A stretch of DNA of 64,000 nucleotides, from contig JBMOPW010000036.1 in the NCBI GenBank assembly GCA_049322915.1, forward strand, positions 120,431-184,430. Reading direction: 5' to 3'. The stretch comes from Candidatus Zhuqueibacterota bacterium (GTDB lineage: Bacteria > Zhuqueibacterota > Zhuqueibacteria > Thermofontimicrobiales > Thermofontimicrobiaceae). Numbering within the stretch: position 1 is the first letter of the stretch; each line of letters starts with the position of its first letter. This document shows, piece by piece, positions 58,054 through 64,000 of the stretch. The notes under the pieces are model-generated. The model saw nothing but the letters and a program-made list of their open reading frames with translations. It did no database searches and was not told the DNA's origin. The position numbers and the translations under genes are program-made.

Positions 58054-60390
58054 ATGTATCGAAAGATAATCACGATAATGGTCGTTATGGTTTTTGCTGC
58101 GACGATGTTTGCCCAGCAGCAGGGAGAAATCAGCGGGCGCGTGATCGATGCGCGTTCCAAAGAGCCGTTGATCGGCGTCAATGTGATTGTGATGGATACC
58201 CAGCGCGGCGCCGCATCGGACCTTGAGGGAAATTACGCCATAAAAAATGTACCGATTGGCATGTACCGATTGAAATTCATGTACATCGGTTATGAAGCAA
58301 TGTTGAAAACGGATATTGTGGTCAAGAGTGCGAGTCCGACATTTGTCAATGCCGAGTTGGTCCCCACGGTGCTGGAAACAGAGGAAGTGACAGTGACTGC
58401 CGGATATTTTGTTCAGGAGAAGACGACTCAGCCAAGCACCATTGGATTGACGCGGGAGGAGATCCGGCGTTTCCCTGGTGGTTTCGAAGATGTCGTGCGA
58501 ACGGTATCGACGCTGCCCGGCGTGTCCATCAACGCTGCCGGAGGGAGGAACGACTTGCTCGTTCGCGGCGGCGGCCCGTCTGAAAATTTGTACATCATCA
58601 ATAACCTCGAAGTGCCGAATATCAATCACTTTGGCACGCAGGGAAATAGCAGCGGCAGTCTCAGCTTCGTGAATCTCGACTTCGTGGAAGACGTCACGTT
58701 TTCCACTGGCGGATTCGGCGTTCAGTACGGCGATAAAATGTCCTCGGTATTGTCGTTGAAGATGATGCAAAACCGCACCGAGCGGCTGGAGAGCAAAATG
58801 ACCATTTCGGCGACCCAGTTTGGTGTGAACCTCCAGCAGCCATTGGCCCAAAACGGCAACTTGATTTTATCGGCGCGCAAGAGCTATCTGGACCTGATTT
58901 TCAAGGCGGCCGGGCTCCCCTTTGTGCCGGTCTATACCGATTTCAATATCATCATGAATTACGATCTGTCCCCGAATGATAAACTGTTTTTTTTGGGGCT
59001 GTCGGCGATCAACAATGTCGATCGAGACCAGAGTTCCCTCGAGAACCGAATTCAGAATGCCGCATTGCTGGATAATTCCCAATATCAGGGAATTTCCGGC
59101 ATTAATTACCGGCGACTGCTGGGCAACGGCTATCTGGATGTGACAATGGGATTGAATCTGTATCGGTTTCGTCTCAGCCAGTTGGATGAAAATGAAGAGG
59201 AATATTTCACGAACGATGCGGACGAATGGGAATACAGCGCGAAAATCCAGCATTACTGGATTGCTTCCAAAAGCATTGGCATTCGAAGCGGCATTTCGGC
59301 CAAGCATTTCAAGTCAGAGAATATGATCAGCTTTGCCGATACAATTTACGACCGAAGCGGCAACCGAATTCCCGTCGCCGCGATCGGCATCAGCCCATTG
59401 ATTGAAAATAATACCTCGGCTCAAAAATTTGGCATGTACACAGAAGCCGACTGGCTGGTCAATCAAAACTTAAAAATCAACCTGGGATTCCGCGGCGATT
59501 ACTATCGATTTTTGGATGATAAATTATATCTGGCGCCCCGCGCGTCCATCGAGTACAAGCTCACGGAAAAAAACTCAGTGCGCGCCAGTGGCGGTATTTA
59601 TTACCAATCCCCATCCTATGTGTGGGTCGCCAATCCGGTCAATCATCGTTTGAAGGCGTTGCAGAACCAGATGGGCGTTATCGGTTGGGACTGTCTCATC
59701 CGAAATGATCTGCGCTTTTCAGTGGAAGGATATTATAAAAAATACACCAATCTCCCCGGCGGCGTCATTCCCGGCGCCACAGACTACATCGTGCTGACCA
59801 ATACCGGCACCGGCTTCGGCGGCAGGGAGGATGACTTCCAATCGTTCGGCTTTTTCGATTTGAATTCAGATGCGACAGGGAAATCGTACGGCGCTGAAAT
59901 CCTTTTGCAGAAGAAATTTTCAGAGATTCCCCTGTACGGCCTGATGAGCGTCAGCTTCGGTAAAACCGAGGTCACAGCCAATAACGGCGTCACCTATCCC
60001 GGTCAGTATGACCAGCGGTTCATTTTCAATCTCTCCGGCGGCTATATTTTCAATTCAAAATGGGAAGTCGCAGCCAAGTTCCGCTATTTCACCGGCGTGC
60101 CCTACACCCCGCTGTATCGGCCATCGGTCAATCCGGGGAATCCCGGCGAGATCATCAATCTGCCCGAGGAATATCTGACTGCGCGACTGGATGCGGGCCA
60201 TCACCTCGATATTCGCGTGGATCGGTATTTCAACTTCTCCAACTGGACGCTGATTGTCTATCTGGATATTCAGAATATTTACAATTACAAAATTCCGCAG
60301 CGACCCCGCTACGATTTCTGGGAAGACCGAATCAGCGACAGCAGCGAGATCGGGATTCTGCCTTCCATCGGAGTCAGTTTGGAATTGTAA
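58054..60390 (+). CDS. TonB-dependent receptor (related to 41178-43562)
   Basis: Signal peptide, EEIRRFPG, VRGGGPSENL, VPNINHF, SARKSYLDL, barrel ending VSLEL. Confidence 0.92.
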   Translation: MYRKIITIMVVMVFAATMFAQQQGEISGRVIDARSKEPLIGVNVIVMDTQRGAASDLEGNYAIKNVPIGMYRLKFMYIGYEAMLKTDIVVKSASPTFVNAELVPTVLETEEVTVTAGYFVQEKTTQPSTIGLTREEIRRFPGGFEDVVRTVSTLPGVSINAAGGRNDLLVRGGGPSENLYIINNLEVPNINHFGTQGNSSGSLSFVNLDFVEDVTFSTGGFGVQYGDKMSSVLSLKMMQNRTERLESKMTISATQFGVNLQQPLAQNGNLILSARKSYLDLIFKAAGLPFVPVYTDFNIIMNYDLSPNDKLFFLGLSAINNVDRDQSSLENRIQNAALLDNSQYQGISGINYRRLLGNGYLDVTMGLNLYRFRLSQLDENEEEYFTNDADEWEYSAKIQHYWIASKSIGIRSGISAKHFKSENMISFADTIYDRSGNRIPVAAIGISPLIENNTSAQKFGMYTEADWLVNQNLKINLGFRGDYYRFLDDKLYLAPRASIEYKLTEKNSVRASGGIYYQSPSYVWVANPVNHRLKALQNQMGVIGWDCLIRNDLRFSVEGYYKKYTNLPGGVIPGATDYIVLTNTGTGFGGREDDFQSFGFFDLNSDATGKSYGAEILLQKKFSEIPLYGLMSVSFGKTEVTANNGVTYPGQYDQRFIFNLSGGYIFNSKWEVAAKFRYFTGVPYTPLYRPSVNPGNPGEIINLPEEYLTARLDAGHHLDIRVDRYFNFSNWTLIVYLDIQNIYNYKIPQRPRYDFWEDRISDSSEIGILPSIGVSLEL

Positions 60391-60413
60391 CTCGTGACAC
60401 AGCATTGCGCATT

Positions 60414-60452
60414 AAAAAAGTTTCCGTCCGATATGGCGGAAACTTTTTTTTT
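60414..60452 (+). terminator. Intrinsic terminator
   Basis: AAAAAAGTTTCCG...CGGAAACTTTTTTTT. Confidence 0.85.
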
Positions 60453-60512
60453 GCCTGCTTTACTTATTGTTTATTCGGACAATTCCATGCCGGGATATAG
60501 TCATTATATGAC

Positions 60513-60541
60513 TTGACTTTTTACAAAAATTAATGTATTTT
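60513..60541 (+). promoter_or_regulatory. Sigma70-type promoter
   Basis: TTGACT-N17-TATTTT. Confidence 0.5.
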
Positions 60542-60666
60542 TCAGGGCGAATAACCGGCAGAATGCGAGGACAGCGATTGCAGGTATTGGCAGTTCATTT
60601 CAATGTTCCTGTGAAGGATAGCGGACGTTTCAGAAATGGGTTGCCTCTAACACGCCTTAAAAGGCT

Positions 60667-60777
60667 TTGATGCGTTGGTTATGTTATCTTTTCCACGTCA
60701 TAAATGACGTGGCTATTCATTGAAAAAGTAAAAAGTTAGATAACCTGAATAGCCCCGACTTTTAAGTCGGGGAACAG
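60667..60777. repeat. Pair of REP-like hairpins in opposite orientation (copies B and C)
   Basis: Minus strand TGAATAGCC-ACGTCATTTATGACGT-GG; plus strand TGAATAGCC-CCGACTTTTAAGTCGG-GG. Confidence 0.7.
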
Positions 60778-60985
60778 AAATTCACCTTAATATTGATTGT
60801 AAGGCCCACTGTATTTTTGCGGTGTTTTTTCGGCACGGTTGTGCACCGTGGTGATGGCAACTTCAATCCGTGAAATCAACTTCACGATTGAGTGAAAATT
60901 AAACCAGGAAGATCAAGACCAGTTTAAAATATGTGCGTTGGGTTGAACATTTTACCGCGTCAGAAACTGAACCTCCAGAAAGCCA

Positions 60986-61987
60986 ATGAATCGAATTACG
61001 TTTACGCGATACCCTGGAAATCCAATTATTCCCCGGACGCCGGGGACTTTCTTTTCAATCTTTTCCGCGAATCCCGATCTGCTGATTTTCAACGACATGT
61101 ATTACCTGTATTTCCGCGGTCAGGCCGAAGCCGGCCACGATCAGATCGGTGTGGCCTGCACCCGACCGGGCAATTTCGATGGCATTCACTGGAAATTTGC
61201 GCCGGAAAATCCCATCCTCCGGGTCGGCGCTGATGCCGATGATTTTGACTCCGGGCATATTCTCGATCCGGCGACAATCGTCTGGAACGGCCAGGTGTAT
61301 TTGTATTATTCCGCCCATAATATCAACTGGAAAACTCGGAACGCGCCGTCCGGCATCGGGCTGGCGGTTTCCACCGATGGCATTCGATTCGGGAAACATC
61401 TGCAAAATCCGGTGGTGTACGGAACCGCGCCGGAGGCGATTGTCTTTCAAAATAGGGTGCACCTGTTTTTTCAACGGCGATGCGCCGCCGGATATTTTGA
61501 AATCCACCACTGTCCCAGCGATGACGGAATGACTTTTTCCGAGCGCGACGCGCGCATCGTTTTCCGGCCGAGCGCCATTCCCGGCGCCTTTGACGAGTAC
61601 AGCATTTCCACAGTGCGCATCTGGCCGGAGGGGGATTGGTTTTACATGGTGTACGGCGGCTGTGACCGCTTTTACGATTATCCAATCGCGTTCGGGCTGG
61701 CTCGGTCGAGGGATTTGCTGGACTGGGAGCGGTATCCCGGCAATCCCATTTTCGCGCGCGGAGAAGCCGGGACGTGGGACGAAGGCGCTGTGTGGTTTGC
61801 CACGATGTACAATCATCGTGGTAAATATTTGCTCTGGTACGAAGGCGCGGGATGTGGCATTGACTCGTCCACCGAACAGGGGAAGCGGGCATCGCAGGAA
61901 TGCCGCGACCAGGATTATGGCGGGTACGGCAAAACATCCTTCTCGCAGATTGGCCTGGCGTTTTTTGAGGGCAGCCTTGCGTGGTAA
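60986..61987 (+). CDS. Five-bladed beta-propeller glycosidase (GH43/GH32/GH130-like)
   Basis: Repeated YPGNPI/ENPI...FD...DP, IGLAVSTDG, GLARSRDLLDW, WD. Confidence 0.8.
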   Translation: MNRITFTRYPGNPIIPRTPGTFFSIFSANPDLLIFNDMYYLYFRGQAEAGHDQIGVACTRPGNFDGIHWKFAPENPILRVGADADDFDSGHILDPATIVWNGQVYLYYSAHNINWKTRNAPSGIGLAVSTDGIRFGKHLQNPVVYGTAPEAIVFQNRVHLFFQRRCAAGYFEIHHCPSDDGMTFSERDARIVFRPSAIPGAFDEYSISTVRIWPEGDWFYMVYGGCDRFYDYPIAFGLARSRDLLDWERYPGNPIFARGEAGTWDEGAVWFATMYNHRGKYLLWYEGAGCGIDSSTEQGKRASQECRDQDYGGYGKTSFSQIGLAFFEGSLAW

Positions 61988-62259
61988 TTCAACAGGCGGG
62001 CAAAGGTGAGTCGGCGTTGCGATGCGCTGATGGTGACTCTTCCCGCCGAAATGCATCGTTGAACCGAAAGTGCGCCGCGCAGCGTTGGGCGGATGAAGGA
62101 TCCGCATCGAGACCGGTCGCGGAGACGGGGAACAGATTCCATTTGCGGTGCAGGTCTCTTGAAAAATGCGGGGAGTCGCCCGAAGGTGGCTGTCATGTCT
62201 TTCGGCGTATTCCGCAGTGATGACAGGTCAAACACGGATTTAATGAAAGGTCGCTGGAG

Positions 62260-63213
62260 TTGAGCCGTAAGGGCGTGATTTTCAATATGCAACGTTTCTC
62301 CATTCATGACGGGCCGGGCATTCGCACCACGGTTTTTTTGAAAGGCTGCGCGCTGAGTTGCTTCTGGTGTCACAATCCGGAAGGACAACGCCGGGAATCA
62401 GAATTGAAGGTTTTTCCGGATCGCTGCATCGGTTGCATGGAATGCGTCGCCCGTTGCCCCAATGGAGCGCATCAGGTCAGGGAAAATCTTCATGTTTTCA
62501 ACCGCGAGCGCTGCGCTGGATGCGGGCTGTGCGTTGAAGGTTGCAGCTCAGACGCTATTGTTCTGACCGGCAGGCTCAGTTCAGTTACTGAGGTGATGGG
62601 CGAAATTTTGCGGGACAGGCTGTTCTACGAGACCTCCGAGGGCGGCGTCACATTGTCCGGGGGCGAGCCGGTGCTGCAGCCGGAATTCGCCTGCGACATT
62701 CTCAAACGGTGCAGGGACGAGGGAATTCACACGGCCATCGAGACCTGCGGATATTACCGCTGGGAAGAGGTTGAACCGCTGCTGCCTCACACGGATTTAA
62801 TTCTGATGGACATCAAGCACATGAACGACGATCGCCACAGCCAATATTCCGGCGTTTCGAACCGGCTCATCCTGGAGAATGCCAGGCGGTTTGCATTGAC
62901 GGACATCCCGATCATTTTTCGGACGCCGGTCGTGCCGACCGTCAATGACAGCGCGGAAGAAATCGGGGCCATTGTTCGTTTCATCAAACAGCTCAGGGAG
63001 GAGCGAATGCAGCGGAACAGCGCCGGACATGCACCGGCGATGATTCAGTACGAACTGCTGCCATTCCACCGGTTAGCGGCTGACAAATACCGAAGTCTGG
63101 GTTTGGATTATCGCGCGAGCCATGTGGCGCCGCCATCTCCGGAGCGCATCGCGCAATTGGCGGAATTCGCCCGCGCTTTCGGAATCGATGTGGTGAATCA
63201 ACCCCGGGGGTGA
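62260..63213 (+). CDS. Glycyl-radical enzyme activating protein with ferredoxin insert
   Basis: HDGPGIRTTVFLKGCxxxCxWCHNPE, two CxxCxxCxxxC motifs, GGVTLSGGEP, ELLPFH. Confidence 0.95.
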   Translation: MSRKGVIFNMQRFSIHDGPGIRTTVFLKGCALSCFWCHNPEGQRRESELKVFPDRCIGCMECVARCPNGAHQVRENLHVFNRERCAGCGLCVEGCSSDAIVLTGRLSSVTEVMGEILRDRLFYETSEGGVTLSGGEPVLQPEFACDILKRCRDEGIHTAIETCGYYRWEEVEPLLPHTDLILMDIKHMNDDRHSQYSGVSNRLILENARRFALTDIPIIFRTPVVPTVNDSAEEIGAIVRFIKQLREERMQRNSAGHAPAMIQYELLPFHRLAADKYRSLGLDYRASHVAPPSPERIAQLAEFARAFGIDVVNQPRG

Positions 63214-63447
63214 ACGCGTCCCTGGAACTGAGGCGGATTGGCTGAAACCTGGTATCGCCGCGAAACTGGAATGACCGGGCGATCGACCCGGGCAATTCGT
63301 CGGTGACGCGGCCGCAATTTTTGAAAAGAGCGCGGCAGGTAAATGCAGATTTTGAAACGGGGATCGGTCTTCAGTCTGATCCTGAATTGAACGCGTTCTA
63401 ATCAGCCCGATTTTCAAAAACGAGTCGCGAAGGAGAATCACCGCACC

Positions 63448-63816
63448 ATGAAAAAAAATAAAGAGATCGTTATCATTGGCGACCGCGTCCTTATCTCGCC
63501 GGATTCCAGCAGAGACCGTACAGAAAGCGGACTCTACCTGCCACAGGGAATAACGGAAAAAGAAAAAGTGAATGGCGGCGTTGTCGTCAAGGTGGGGCCA
63601 GGTTACATTTTGCCCTACAAGGACGCCTCCGAGCCGTGGCTCAACCGGGGCAATGAACCGCAGTACATTCCGCTGCAAGTGGAAGAAGGCGATTACGCCA
63701 TTTTCCTGCGCAAGGAGGCTGTCGAGATCGAGTATAATGATGAGAAGTACCTCATTGTGTCGCAGCAGGGGATCCTTGCTGTGATTCGGGAACCGATTGA
63801 TTTGAGCGATTTATAA
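63448..63816 (+). CDS. GroES-family co-chaperonin (stand-alone)
   Basis: GDRVLI, TESGLYLP, VVKVGPG, VEEGD, ILAVI. Confidence 0.9.
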   Translation: MKKNKEIVIIGDRVLISPDSSRDRTESGLYLPQGITEKEKVNGGVVVKVGPGYILPYKDASEPWLNRGNEPQYIPLQVEEGDYAIFLRKEAVEIEYNDEKYLIVSQQGILAVIREPIDLSDL

Positions 63817-64000
63817 TTCAGTGGCTTTTCACAGAAGAAGAATCCGCGCAGATCAGTGTCATCAGCGTTCTATTGCATTTTACCGGGCGTGTCCAGGCCA
63901 GGTATCACTTTTAACCAAATAATATGAATGACCACTTGAAAGTATGTGTAATAAATTCGATACTTTTGTATCTGTAGTGGGGGGGGGGGGGGGGGGGCGG

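Noticed and set aside
61981..62220. 79-aa ORF between the glycosidase and the activase as a small glycyl-radical domain
   Set aside because: Lacks the RVxGY glycyl-radical motif.
63841..63874. ATCCGCGCAGATCAGTGTCATCAGCGTTCTATT short repeat-like element
   Set aside because: Single degenerate copy here; cannot be established as a repeat from this window alone.
63978..63997. Poly-G run at the window end
   Set aside because: Most likely a sequencing or assembly end artefact rather than a biological G-tract.
1..64000. CRISPR array, rRNA, prophage or intact transposase
   Set aside because: No regularly spaced repeats or matching genes were seen.

Overview
Bacterial chromosomal window, probably from an FCB-group organism such as KSB1 or Calditrichota. 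This is inferred from the 'QNYPNPFNP' C-terminal sorting domain, a hybrid two-component sensor, TonB receptors and a long S16. (1) 1-10.7 kb is core: fabD-fabG-acpP-fabF-rnc-acyl-CoA dehydrogenase, ffh-rpsP-khpA-rimM-trmD-rplS and a CAT-anticodon tRNA (probably Ile2). (2) 11-21.9 kb is a synthase-type exopolysaccharide locus: KaiC/RAD55-like ATPase, TPR/outer-membrane export protein, processive GT2, small membrane protein, degenerate deacetylase-like protein, Fn3 protein and a convergent GH9. (3) 22.3-29 kb is a co-oriented cassette of four proteins I cannot assign to a known system: a 791-aa protein with acidic spacers and cationic amphipathic helices, a HEXXH metallopeptidase-like protein, a 367-aa unknown, and an acidic-leader protein ending in a Cys/His amidase-like domain. 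Two of them share a bipartite 'PFL' leader motif. This is the best candidate for an undescribed system. (4) 29-39 kb holds a fibre/sorting-domain pair, an aldo-keto reductase pseudogene, a hybrid two-component system with a 21-bp-period direct repeat, and a HEAT protein behind a sigma54-type promoter. (5) 39-60.4 kb is an isoprenoid/carotenoid region: alternative-pathway mevalonate-phosphate decarboxylase, CruF, class II HMG-CoA reductase, carotenoid oxygenase, three CrtI-family genes, crtB, cyclase, glycosyltransferase, acyltransferase, a CarH-like B12 photoregulator and two related TonB receptors. It contains tandem NrdR-like boxes, and inverted REP-like repeats bound most of it. (6) 61-64 kb has a glycosidase, an orphan glycyl-radical activase, an orphan GroES and a poly-G end. 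All product calls come from motif recognition by eye; no database searches were run.
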